The position numbers and the translations under genes are program-made. A stretch of DNA of 64,000 nucleotides from Takakia lepidozioides (Eukaryota > Plantae > Bryophyta). The notes under the pieces are model-generated. The model saw only the letters and a list, made by a program, of their open reading frames with translations. It was not told the origin of the DNA and did no database searches. The stretch spans positions 95,294,001-95,358,000 of the forward strand of contig CM060731.1 in the NCBI GenBank assembly GCA_030704615.1. The letters run 5' to 3'. This document shows, piece after piece, positions 41,882 through 54,147 of the stretch (position 1 is the stretch's first letter; each line of letters starts with the position of its first letter).

Positions 41882-44800
41882 TTAATCTTGAAAATCATCC
41901 GAATCCTCATCCTGTTCTAGACTGTCCTGCTCCGCCTCCACCCCCTCATTGCCTTTCTCATCTCCAGCGGACTGCTCGTTGGCCAGGCTTTTGAAAATCC
42001 CATCTTCCCCTTGCGGAACTGTCCATCTCACCTCCGTTGGGTCGTCTTCTCCCTGTCTGCGTCGCTCTCATCCGCTGAATCACATATGTACTTTCGTACC
42101 CGTCTACCTGTCTGAGCTGCTGCCAACTCTTTCCTTATCCTTCTGTCCTCCCTAGCCCTCTCCAAAATCTGCTCTACTTTACTGGGATTCTCACTTCTTC
42201 TAATCGCTGTATTTGCGAGTTTAGCTGCATAACTAGGAAGGGAGTAGTCCCTCACCGGGCTCGTCATGAAGTCGGCCCTCGCAAAGAACGGGACATTCTT
42301 CCTGGCAGGAAGTGTAGGCCCTACATGTTTCGACCCGGACCCTGCAATCCTGCACATGACAATCATCAACGAGACTAATGAGAACCACAGTCCGGAAATT
42401 CGTTTGACAAAAATGACCCAGAAGGCTTTGCAAACTTACAATGTTTGCACTCACTCGTATTCCGGGTCTGCTTCCGCATCAATGTCCACTGTGTCTTCCT
42501 CGGACTCCGACGAATCCGAGGAGACTTCCGCTTTGTGGAGCCTTAACATTCCGTTGCAGCAGCCCTTCCAGATGGGATCCCCACACGGATGAGTCCTCCT
42601 CGTAGGCAAAGAGGTGCCGGTCGGAAAACCGCCCAGCCCACATTGAGGCACCTGTTACAATGCCATCCACACATTACAACATGGCGCTTCAGATGTTGCG
42701 AACTACATCCTAACGAGAATTTGCAGAACAACATAGATCAAGATTCTGCATACCTGTCCCACAGATGAGGTCCAGCACTGTGCCCTCCACGTCTGTGCAT
42801 GTCTCCATAATTGTCTGAATGAAGGCAGGGCTCCGAGTCCGTGAGTACCGCAGGGGTTCCGTTGAAGTGAGGCTATGAGGGAGAAGTTCCTTGGGAACGT
42901 TGTTGAACAGAACGTCGTAATCGAGGGGTCGCAGTTCGGGTCAACCTTTCCTCCCTCCTTCCGGAAAGCAAAGGTGGAGTTCTCCTTCACAAAGCAGTAT
43001 GCATCGAACTGCTTCGTCTGCATACACAGGGGGAACGATTAGAAACCGAATGCGGCACCGCATTTGAAAACACCCAAGCAAATGAATGGACGAATGCCAG
43101 TGTCGTAATTACCTTCTTCCCTTCCGACCGAAGGCCCAGTGTGTTGATGCACGTCCACTTCTTTTTCAGAATCGGGACGGCGCTCTTGCGGGTCCACTTC
43201 GCAATTCCTGTCTGAGTGTTTTTTCCTCTGCTCGCCAGGACAACCACACAGCCTTTGTCGTCCAACACCATGCGGGCAAGCCCGAATCCTTTCTTCCAAA
43301 AGTCCTCCGAGTACCTGTTCCAAGATGGCAAAGCTTGCAGTCCTTCCACAGGCTCTCCGTCCGGAATATCCAAGATGATCATATCGCAAGACCACTCGGT
43401 GGCATTTCCGCCCCTCCTACAATCCTTGTCTGCACACACCCTCTCAAAGAACGAGACCATATTCTGAAATCCTGGGGTGTCGGAAGGCTCTTTGGCAGTC
43501 GCCTTCTTCAGTGCTCTGCCCTTCAGACCCTCCATGGTCTTCATGTATGCCAACTTGGCTGCCCGTCCATCCAAAGCCGCCAAGAAACTCTCATTTACAC
43601 ACTGGACTACTGTTTCGGGAGCCACTTTCGGCTCTTCATTTCCACCGGCTCGAAAGGGTGCCCCCCTGGGGGGTTGAAGAGTGCCTTCTTTGCCGAGCCA
43701 ATTCTCGTGCCTCTCGTGACAATGGTGGGCACAGGGGAGGCAGCCTGCGTTTGGGGGGGTGGGCTGGTTGCAAAGTCTCCATCGGAATCCTCTTCGTCAC
43801 CCTCTTCCTGAACAAGCTGTTTCTGCTTCTTCGTTTTGGCGGGTGTCACAACAGCTGCTCCTTGCTGGCGAGTCCTCTTCTTCAACCCCTTCTGTTGGGC
43901 CTGCACAGCTGCATCCACCGTCTTTTGTGCCATCTCAGCTGCCTTTCTGGATTCTTCCAGAGCAGCAGATTCCTTTGCCGACTTTGGCCCAGCAGGGACA
44001 CGTCTTTCCTTTCTCTTCTCTTCTGCCAAGGCGTGCAGATCTTTCTCAGACTCGTCAACAATACCGCCAGACATATCCAGGTACCAGGGGCATCCAACGA
44101 GATGCGCGGGATGCCATTGTTTCTGCATCTCGGGTGTGTAGACACAGCTTGGGCCCGCCACGGTCCAAGCCATGAAGAACGGGGGCTCTTGAGCCAGGGC
44201 CCTTGTCTGAAGGAGCACGTATTTCATATACCTGCAAGGCAGTCAGCATGCGTGAGCATAAGATTGACGAACCTACTCGCAGAGTGCCACCAAAAACATA
44301 AAATGCGAATGCGGTGCCGCATTTCCGAGACAAACCTCGTAACCAGGCTTCGCATACAAGGGCAGCTGTGCTTCACCTGTAAACAATTCGCATTGCAGCT
44401 TTCCCCGCTCCCTCCTGATGTGTAAACTCCACGCTCCTTCTTGCTGTCTGTAGCTCTCTGGCGAAGAGGTTGTCCTTGTACGCACATCTGAAACGTGTCA
44501 CGTAGTCTTCCAATGTCTGTGTTCCATCCCATTTGACGTACAAGCCGAACGAATTTGTGTGCATTACGACTTGCTCCTTCGCATTCGACATTACCTACGA
44601 TTCCCAAATGCATTGTCACGTAGCAGTTCAGGGAATTCATTTCAGAAAAGCAAATCTGGGGAAGTACCTTGAATTACCTGGAACCACCAAGTCATGCAGT
44701 TGAGCCACACATCCACTGCAGGGTCGGAAACTTCGAGTGGAAAAGACCACATTGTCCTTATGCTCTCGGATGCATTCCAGATCGACAGCCACCGTGTCTG

Positions 44801-46828
44801 CCATTTCTGATCCAATGTCAGGAGCTGGAAGAGAGTGGCTATTGCTAGGAAGGAACTTCAGTGCATTGAAACCTCACCTTCTCTTTCGCCTCAACACATG
44901 CCGTTGAGAGGTGATGCAGTTTCTCCAATTGCATGGTCGGCTGCATGGCCCGAGAATAGTGTTTTGCAATCTCGGGGATGAAGTCCTTTCCAAGTGCCGG
45001 ATCTGCAATTGCCACCAGCTTCACAAGCTTTGACTTGTATTTGGTTATGGACTTGACATCGGCTTCCTTCAAGTGCTCAATCAATGACTGCAACGTTTTG
45101 ACCTGCCCCCCTCACTTTCCATGAAGAAGCGTTTGGCATGGGCCAAATCCAGCTTGATGTTTGACTGCCAACAAAAACATGCAGAAGCGTTACATTTGAT
45201 TCATGTGGAAAGATTATTGAAATTGGGGAAGGATGAGCAGAGGGAAATTGGAGGACGACTTACTTACTTCGTATATCACCTCCACCATTCCATCCATAGT
45301 GAGACGATACCATGTCCGGTCTGTTTTTGCAACGGCTTTCTGAATGAGCTCGGGCTCCAGCATTTCCGCAAACATCTGCGGATCAGTGAGACCAGTTTTC
45401 CTCACCCTGTACAGCATATGTGCCATGTGGGTATGCACGTACGCATTCTCAGTGACCCTGCAAGGCACACTCTCCAGTTCAGTACACGGAAGCACGGAAA
45501 CAAACCAGAATGGAAACCGAAATGCGGCACCGCATTTCGAACGTGCTAGGGAGGGTATGAGTATCTTACGAGTTGAGGTCCGCCATGGCATTCTTGAGCA
45601 GGGAGGAGTCTGCCGCCTTCACCTTCAGGATGACACACTCCACCATGTAATGCCAGCCAATGTGCTTGGCATGGTTCTGCTTGATGTACTCCCACCAGGC
45701 AAGAAGTCGGTGATTCCCGTCCCACACAAAGAACATTTTACCCGACATATGGCCGAAGTCTGGATCACCCTTCAGCGTCGCCTCGAATTCGTCATTGCGA
45801 GTGTGCCAGTGGGTATCCCACGTTGACAATTCATCGGCAGTGGGTCCACGAGTTTCGCCGTCCTCATTCTCAATGGAAACGTAAAACGCTGCCGATCCCA
45901 GACGGTACCCTTCTCGAAATGCGAACTTCAGCTTATCCACATCTCCGGGAAGGGCCTGCATGACGATGGGAAGGGAGACCATGCGACAGAGTGGGATTCG
46001 AAGAGTCCGCTGGAATACCCTGCTGCCCAGAACTCTGCCAATGCTACTGTGTGTGTCCCTCCAACATTTTATCCGTTGCACTTTTGAAATCCTCCGGAGA
46101 CATGTCTGTAGGTGCCGGTAGTGGCTGAGCAGCTGGAGCATCCTCAACTGGAGCTGCACTCTGGGGCCTGTTTGCGGGCAATTCTGCCATTGCAGAGGCC
46201 TCCTCCGGGCCTGCTTACTCATCGGTGGTGAGGTCTTGCTGCGAACGTTGAGCGGCAGCACCCTCCTCCGCTACCAAATCGACAAAAACGGTCGATCCCA
46301 TTGCCTTCGCTGCAGTAGAGACGGCCCCAACATCTGCAGGCGGGAAATCCTCCAGGAACTGAGCTTCAGCTCGTGGAAGCGGTTTTGCGGAGATTGTTCG
46401 GCCGTCGCCCCCTGATTGCCTTCTGCTTCCTCATCCTTGCAGGTGAAGGTGTCTGCTGCAATTGAATCTGTCTTTTACCCCTGCTGCTTCATTCGCGTTG
46501 GTGGGGGTGAAACGGCCTGAGCCGGTTCAGAAACCAGTAGAGGGACGGGTTGCTTCTTCTTCGACTTTGCTGGAGAAGGGCCCGACCCCTGTTGGCGATT
46601 CTCCATGACCGAAGAACGTGAGTCGATCTCTGGGGCTTTGAACTTGCCCTTCGAAGCCGCGTCTTTGAAATGCACAGGGCTAGGCCCGGCAGGAATACCC
46701 GCGCTCGGGGATCGGGTGGGTGTACGTGTTGCAGCTAGCTCCACGGACTCAACCTGCGGCTCTTCGGATTCCTGCGATCCCTCCAGCACGTCCACCTTTC
46801 CTGTTAGGCATGCAAACATGTTCTGCAT
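41882..46828 (-). CDS. Multi-exon gene: disordered N-terminus, ParB/Srx-like domain, unknown middle, beta-class N6-A/N4-C DNA methyltransferase-like domain (frameshifted in this assembly)
   Basis: FFVWDGNHRLLAW; CDMIILDIPDG..LARMVLDDKGCVVVL; RSPAFIQTIMETCTDVEGTVLDLICGTG (intron) ASMWAGRFSDRHLFAYEED. GT-AG introns, e.g. 44232-44376 and 43018-43112. The single-gene model is inferred. Confidence 0.72.
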
Positions 46829-47355
46829 TCAAGTCTCCTAGCATTCAGTCTAAAGAATTACAGAAGCAAAATGGGGGGTTCGGTGCTCGATCAGCTGCGC
46901 GCAGCCCGATCGCATGGAGCTCTCACTGGTGGCTGGGTTGCCTAGTGGCCTGCTGCTCGAGATGGCAATCTCCTCCTGTAGACGCATCTGCTTCCTCCCC
47001 TTCGGCATTGGCCTACGTCCGAAGTATAATTTTCGGAGCTTGCGACGAGGTCTCCTGTCTGGTGCACGAACTCCCCCCCTCTCAGGTTCGAGCATAAGAA
47101 GAACAGAGACAGGGAAAGGGGAGAAGAGTGCAGATGGAAAGGGCGCGAGAGGGGTGGCTGAGTAGACACGACAGAAGATGTAACGGCAGTAATGCACCAC
47201 TTGGATTCGAAGGCTTCCATGAAAGTGTGTCCGGTGGACTATGCGTCATTACGAAACTCCAATCGTCAAGGGTACGCCTGCCGTCCAAAACGAACATTAA
47301 CCAACGGTCAGGCCGCGCCGCCTCTTGTCACTTCAGACACATGGAGAGCAGACAA

Positions 47356-48865
47356 GTGCCGCAATTCCGTTTGTCCACGCGTTCACATATCATGGCATTT
47401 CCCGTCCCAGCGCTGGATGAATGAGAGTGGAAATTTCATTCTGAAGAGTATGAAAGTCTGCCCCGACGGAAATGCGGTGCCAGATTTCCGCCCCGCAGCT
47501 CCATGCCACAGATTGAAACGAAAATGCGGCGCCGCATTTCCGTTCTGGAATGTCCGATGGCGCGACTCGAAGGAATTGAGATCCCGCATTTCAGTTCCGG
47601 TGGATCAGGATTTTCACTCAGGACGGGAATGCAGTGCCGCAATTCCGTTCTTGACAGTATGAAACACTGCCCCGGACGGAAATGCGGTGCCGCATTCCCG
47701 TCCCACAGCTCACTGCCAAGATTGAAAACGGAAATGCGGCGTCGCCTTTCCGTTCTGGAATGTCCGATGGCGGGACTCGGAAGGAATTGCGGTCCGCGCA
47801 TTTCAGTTCTGGTGGATCACGATTTCACTGAGGATGGGAATGCGGTGCCGCAATTCCGTTCTTAACAGTATGAAAGTCTGCCCAAAGCGGAATTGCGGTG
47901 CCGTATTTCCGTCCCACAGCTACATGCCACAAATTGAAAACGGAAATGCGGCGCCGCATTTCCATTCTGGAATGTTCGAAGGCGGAACTCGGAAGGAAAT
48001 GCGGTGCCGCATTACAGTTCCGGTGGATCACGATTTTCACTCAGACGGAATGCGGTGCCGCAATTCCGTTCGGGACAGTATGAAACACTGCACCGGACGG
48101 AAATGCGGTGCCGCATTTCCGTCCCACAGCTCACTGCCACAGATTCAAAACGGAAATGCAGCGTCGCATTTCCGATCTGGAATGTCCGAAGGCGGGACTG
48201 GGACGGAAATGCGGTGCCGCATTACAGTTCCGGTGGATCACGATTTTGACTTGGAACGGGAATTCGGTACCGAATTTCCGTGCTACAGAGTATAAAAAAC
48301 ACTGCCCCGGACGGAAATGTTGTGCCGCATTTCGGTCCAACAGCTCCAAGCCACGGACTGGGACGGAAATGCGGTGCCGCATTACAGTTCCGGTGGATAA
48401 CGATTTTGACTCAGAACGGGAATGCGGTGCCGAATTCCGTTCTGCAGAGTATGATACAGTGCCCCGGACGGAAATGCTGTGCCGCATTTCAGTCCCACAG
48501 CTCCATGCCACAGATTGAAAACGGAAATGCGGCGCCGCATTTCCGATCTGGAATGTCCGAAGGTGGGACTCGGACGGAAATGCAGTGCCGCATTACAGTT
48601 CCGGTGGTTCAGGGTTAACAGTATGAAGTCTGCCCAAAGCGGAATTGCGGTGCCGTATTTCCGTTCTGAAGAATATGAAGGTCTCTGGTGGACGAAAATG
48701 CGGTGCCGCATTTAAGTGCCACTGGTGCATGACTAAGATTCAAAATTGAAATGCGGCGCCGTATTTCCGTCCAACAGCAATGGAAAGTAGCACACCGGTC
48801 AGATATGGTAACCTGTCTGGATTCCAATGAAAGAAATTGGACGGAAATCCGGCACCGCATTTCCG
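47356..48865. repeat. Higher-order palindrome array (52-53-bp subunits, ~210-bp unit) between divergent genes
   Basis: Cores at 47476, 47528, 47580, 47633, 47686, 47738. Unit marker GTAT at 47448, 47657, 47868, 48078, 48290. Confidence 0.95.
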
Positions 48866-49281
48866 ATCACAATCAAGGAGTGGATGATGTCAAACTGGGT
48901 TGCGGGACCGCCTTCCCTTTCATCCATGTGCAATGGGTTGCAGTGCTCCGAAACAACACAATTGCGGCCTGTGTTAATGAGCACAACTTGGGTATCTAAC
49001 CGTTTTAACTAGCACCCTGGCACTTGACAGTGCAAACGTTCATGTCTGCACCCCGAATTCTACTTGATCCACTGTCAGGAGATGTTATTTCGTCGCCGAA
49101 TCGGCCATCATTGTGACACTTACTGCATATGGAATCACACCGCCCACCTTCATGCATGTAGCTTGAAACAATACTTCTACTTCAATTGGCGATGACCTCC
49201 GCATTACCACTGACGTGGGCCTGTGAGCCTTGGTCTCTCGCTGTACTGATCCTCGCACTTGCCAACTTCGTGCGGTCTTCG

Positions 49282-52200
49282 ATGGCTCCGAATTCCTACG
49301 CTATAGTTTGCTGTCCTCCCCAACTTGGGAGAGCCTGGATCCCAAACGAGGGAGGACTTTGCAGAGTGACTGAAACTTACCTTTGTTCTAAATTCAAGCT
49401 CAAACCGGGCACAGTTTATTTGGAAGAAGAAAGGAAGGATGTTTCTGGGCAGGTTGACGAGCCATTGTCGTGCTAGGTAACGACGGAGGTTGCGGAATGG
49501 AATGGCGCGTCCCCCCATCAGACACCATCCTGTACCAAGCTGTGGGAATGCCCATTCCCTTTCCGAATCAGTCGCTGCCCACACCATCCACAAAGGAGTC
49601 CGGAAACCGACAGGCGGCCACTGCCAACAGAGAGGTATGCAACGATAATCATTCCCGACCTGGACCGTCAAGACCCTCCATAGCTTCTCGTGTGGACGTA
49701 TTCGACATTTCCGACGAGGAAGATGATTGCATTGAGGTACCCATGTCCTCCACACAGTCGTTCAAATCCGGCATGGACGTCTCTGTAGGTGCTACGCATG
49801 TGCCCTTGAGCATAACTCCAACCCGGTCCATTGTGCAGCTCCTACGACAACATCACCTCGATGGTTCTCGCTCCGAGCTGGCTGCTCTCGACTATGCCAA
49901 ATTCCCAGTCAGAAAGGTAACGTTTCTGCCTCCCGAAGTCGATGGCAATGTCATCTTCGAGTTTCCATCTGTTTCTTCGTCAAACAAAGCCTCCGGGATG
50001 TTAACAGACATGGATCGAAAGCATGACGGACACCCCTGGTGTGTGACGAAGACCAGTAGCACGAAAATTGCTGATGGTGTTCGTGTACGATATGTCCTTT
50101 GTGCGGGGAAGCTGAGGTGCCTCAATCCCACCTGCTTCCACTTTCTCTCCAAGGAGGGCGGAGAAACGAGACGGATTGGACTGGCACAACGCATCATCCA
50201 TTCATTGTCTCCAGCCAAGCTCCTGCGGTTCTTTCAAGTGTGCACATTGCAAAGAACCACCGACGTGCATGTCCATGTGCAGAGCCAAGCAATATTACGT
50301 AATCCATTTGCTCCCGGACTTGACTAGAGCTTGCATACACGTTTGGGTCCACTGCCACCCCTTGGCGAGAGGCAACATGCGTGAGGCTGTCCAGGAAGCA
50401 CACGACATCATAAAAGAGGAGGTGAAATTGAGCCCTGGAGCCAGACCAAAGCAGATTCAGCTGAAGGCAGCCCACAAGATTGCTCTTGGCAAAATCATAT
50501 CTGAAGATGGTTCCGACCGAGAGCCCTTGACCGAAGACAAGATGCGTGACCTCTTGGAGTCCGTCTCGCACGTTTGTAGTCCGAATGTGCGGAATCACAT
50601 CGTATCTTGCAAGCAGGAGTTCGGCAGGGGGTCGGACATGTACTCAATCCTGGAGGTGAAACGAATGACTGGATATGACTACATCCAAGGTAGCAGGTTT
50701 CCAGGGCAAGGCAGCAATCCGATCGTTGTTACATTTTCAAAATGTCGACGTGTGGGCCTGGGAGTGGAGTCGACTTGGTCACTCGCATGACAACTGGAAC
50801 TTGTCGAATGCTTGGTGATGTTGATCACATCAAGCGAATTACAAACCATCAGTGGGTGACTATGGGTGCGCATGTTTATGACTATCACTCCAAGAGGCTC
50901 ATGACGATTGCAATCTGCGAGATGAAAGGGGAGGACACACAGTCCGAGATGCATCTGTGGGAGGGCATAAACGAGCAGATGGCAAGGGCGGGATTGCCAG
51001 AGCCCAATTTCAGGGGATTCATGGCAGACAACGCTTAGGCCAACTGGGCAGCGGTGCGGCGTGTGTACGGTGAGGACCCAATGTTCCAATGGAGGGGAAA
51101 GAGAGATCCTGTGGATTCCATTGGATGCAGAGTCTATCTCACTACACTTCCAAATTTGTTGCTAGCTCATTCCAGGCTGAACACCGTGTCCTTTGTACGG
51201 CGTGGAAGGATGCACCCACATTTGATGACGCGGAGGTTAAGATTGCTATCATCGAGGCTTGGTGGAACACGTCAGGTGCAGTGGAGACAACCAATCTGGG
51301 AGCATTGCACAGCTGGTTGGGGTGGTGGCATTTTCGGTATCGACAGTTCGGACAGTACATGCGGGAGGTAGGCTGCTGTCATTTTCGTTCATTTGTCTTT
51401 CTGTTACGGACATTTCGATTGGTCCCTCACCATTGTTTGTGTCCTTCTAGGAGCGGTGCTTGGATTCCGACACGGACATGCCAAACACGAATATGGCAGA
51501 ATCGGTCCACTCCTCCTGGCGAGCGTCTTCTGCCGCACATCTGGTGGACGTAGTGACGGCCACAACGGAGGACATCGATAGAGCAATCATGTAGCAAGCC
51601 ACGTACTACAAGTTCCTGAGCACAAACAATGGGGCTTTGGGCCGGACAGGGAGAATTGTTGGTACGAACACTTCGAGGTCCAAGAATCCACTGAAATGGG
51701 CGACAGCATTGCGAGAGAAGATCAAGGGACGCCTCTGCACCGCAGAGGTGAACACCTAGAGGGGGACATCCGGACTCGCCCTGTGAGGCGGAGGATTGAA
51801 GAGGAACCCGGGTGCGAAGAGGATTCCTAGAGATCCGACAGGAACATTCGGACAGCATCCTCGAGGTCCGTCATGTTGCCGCACAATGTGTCTTCCAGCA
51901 TGGAAGCCCAAGATACACGGCAACATTGTTTAGAGATGATAAGGAGGAATCCAGATGGGGCTGTCCCTGCTCCTACTTTTACAGGAAGATTTGTCCATGC
52001 AAAGTTTGCGGAGGCGACAACCACCCAGTTCTGGTTCTGTAGGCACGACATTATGACTTGCGTGTATGGAAAGCCCAAGTACGGCATACAAACAATGCCA
52101 GAGGCTCCCCCGGGTGGCCGTGGAACCAGGCTGCGATCTGAGTCAGGTTGAGGCCGACGCCCTTACCGCCGCAGGATTTCGGATGGTGCAGCGCACTGAC

Positions 52201-52678
52201 GTCCCCAGACAACCATTTCCACTTCCACAGCCTCCACCACCGACCCCTGTGAGAGCAAGAACAATGGGACACGACAGCTCTAAGCATCCTACACACCGTT
52301 GGGGGAAACCGAAGAGGCGGCGACCTCCCTCAAAAGTGAACGAGACAATGATGGGAATGCACTTCGGATGAACTGTACAATCCAGAGCTCGACAGAAGTG
52401 CCCCCACCAGGATTCGGGCGTGTGTATCAGATGGCCACGGCAGGCTCAGCTGTTCGCAATGAGGTGTACACCATCACCATTTCAGAATTACTAACCTGCA
52501 ATTGCACCGACTTCCAGATCATGGCGACAAGGGGGCATCATACTGCCCTTGCAAGCATTTGTACTACGTGTACCTAAAAGACTCCGTTGTAATTCCACAA
52601 CTCATCCTTCATACATGCACCAGGGTTGAGCCCCCAGGAGGTTCACACTCTCTGAATATGGATCCAGGGGACCAGTGA
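49282..52678 (+). pseudogene. MULE-type transposase with GCM-like N-terminal zinc domain, DDE core and SWIM finger
   Basis: DGHPW..CAGKLRCLNPTC..CAHC..C..HxGVHCHP; FDHIKR; FMADNA; CGFHW; after intron 51368-51450, PNTNMAESVHSSW; YTITI..TCNCTDF..CKH. TAG at 51036. Confidence 0.85.
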
Positions 52679-53459
52679 GCTTGGCTTGCGGTCCCAATAC
52701 AATGGTACGCCTCCTTTTCGGATAGTAGAACTGTACTGCTGCCAGTACCTCAGACTCTGGCCACAGAAAGGTCCGACATATGTCTTGCCTACCAGTAACC
52801 TGTTTTTGCTCGAACTAAGATATTACTATATCGTTCACTTGTTTCCACGTGCATGTATTTTTTGTATGTTGGAGGGTTTCATGTTTTTCTGCTTTCCGAA
52901 ACTTGCTTTCCTCATTCGACCTCCGACAAGGAAATGCGGCGCCGCATTTCCAAGTATCGTCGTAGGTACTGGTAGAGGCGGCCTTCGCCAACACCAAACC
53001 GCTCCGAAATTTCGCACGTGCCAATCCTAATGCGGCACCTTATTTCCCAGTTCAGTTGCAAACCTTTCCCGCCGAATACCCGAAGAAGACAGAATTGTGA
53101 AGTACTGCAGACTCTATTGGTGCAGACTCCATTGGTTCAATCGCGGCAAAAGGGTCAGCTTCATTCCAATGTTAAGGCATGTAAAACGCGGAATACTCTA
53201 TACAGGCCAGTATGCGACGTCCTTTTGCAGTGTATATTGGATTTCCCGTTGCACGGTCACTTATTTCCATGAGCGGATCTAAAAAACCATGAGCGGACTT
53301 GTTACTGACGACATATCTTCGCCGCATTACATGATCTGGAACGTCAAAAACGGCAAGGTCAAATTAAAACTATTATTTTAATACTTGTTTAATCTGCCGC
53401 ATTTCCAAATTTGGAGGAGTCCGCTCATGAAATCCGCGTATCTTAGACTTCGGCTCACC

Positions 53460-53525
53460 GCTCATGCGCTCATGCGGCTCATGGCTCATGGCTCATGGTT
53501 TCTCTGCTCATGAAATAGTAACCTC
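53460..53525 (-). repeat. Right TIR with GCTCATG repeats
   Basis: Inverted match to the left end. Confidence 0.9.
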
Positions 53526-54147
53526 GCACGTAGCTTCCGCGTTAGCCCGCACTACAAAGCAACCCCTCGGTAGGCGCAGTTATAGTATGCGCACGCGCCA
53601 GGTGCGCATTACCCCGTGAACTCCTAAAGAAGGCGCAAGTTTCCTTGCCCCTTGGATGGGAGTCATCGATTTCCGCACTGCGCAAACACACGATTAACCC
53701 AATTTACCTCCCCCACTTTGTAAGCTAGCATGCATTCTACACACTAGCCAACCACACCATGCATCACCATTCCAAACAAAATAGGACGCACAACATTGGA
53801 ACCCATTTTCTTATAACAAATTTTTGTACAAAACAAGTTTTTTGCAATCGGATTCCTAGCTAGCTAAGCCGGGCTAAGCATGCATTTCTCCCCCACGCTC
53901 CAAGGTTGATGTCCCCCTCAACGCTTCTTCCGCTTTTGAGGTCGCCCTTTCGAAAACTGCAACCGCCTCGGATGCGTTTCGTATTTCTGAGGCACACACC
54001 CAAGATGCCTCCACATGATGATAGCCCTTTCCATTTGACGAGATACTCTGTTTCTCGGTTCTTGAACCTCCTCGACTTAAGTACTCTCTCCACCTCTGTA
54101 CTCAGGTTCATTTTCATGACAACAACACAGGTGTGGCGGACGCAACA
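53526..54147 (-). mobile_element. Chromovirus fragment (3' non-coding region plus chromodomain)
   Basis: Matches A3 at ~28600-29220; VLKSRRFKNRETEYLVKWKG. Confidence 0.9.

Larger units (their letters stand above)
38583..53525. mobile_element. ~14.9-kb Mutator-like (MULE) DNA transposon with cargo genes
   Basis: TIRs GGGGCTGCTATTTCATGAGC / GCTCATGAAATAGTAACCTC with (CATGAGC)n subtermini. TSD GCACGTAG at 38575-38582 and 53526-53533. The flanks rejoin into continuous Gypsy sequence. Confidence 0.9.

Noticed and set aside
40942-41920. ORFs with repeated CGAAF/MRRRIS/GNAAPHF peptides (also 47192-48999 and 60138-61849)
   Set aside because: Translations of the palindromic DNA repeat in all frames.
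43086-44425. Plus-strand ORFs of 241 and 304 aa
   Set aside because: Antisense shadows of the minus-strand cargo gene with no recognisable motifs.
41882-46828. Bacterial or phage contamination as the source of ParB/MTase
   Set aside because: The gene has GT-AG introns and sits inside a TIR/TSD-bounded element within a plant retrotransposon.
47356-48865. CRISPR-like repeat/spacer appearance (also 23495-24050, 34670-35655, 1790-2385)
   Set aside because: The linkers recur in a higher-order period or are A/T homopolymers rather than unique spacers; no cas genes; eukaryotic context.
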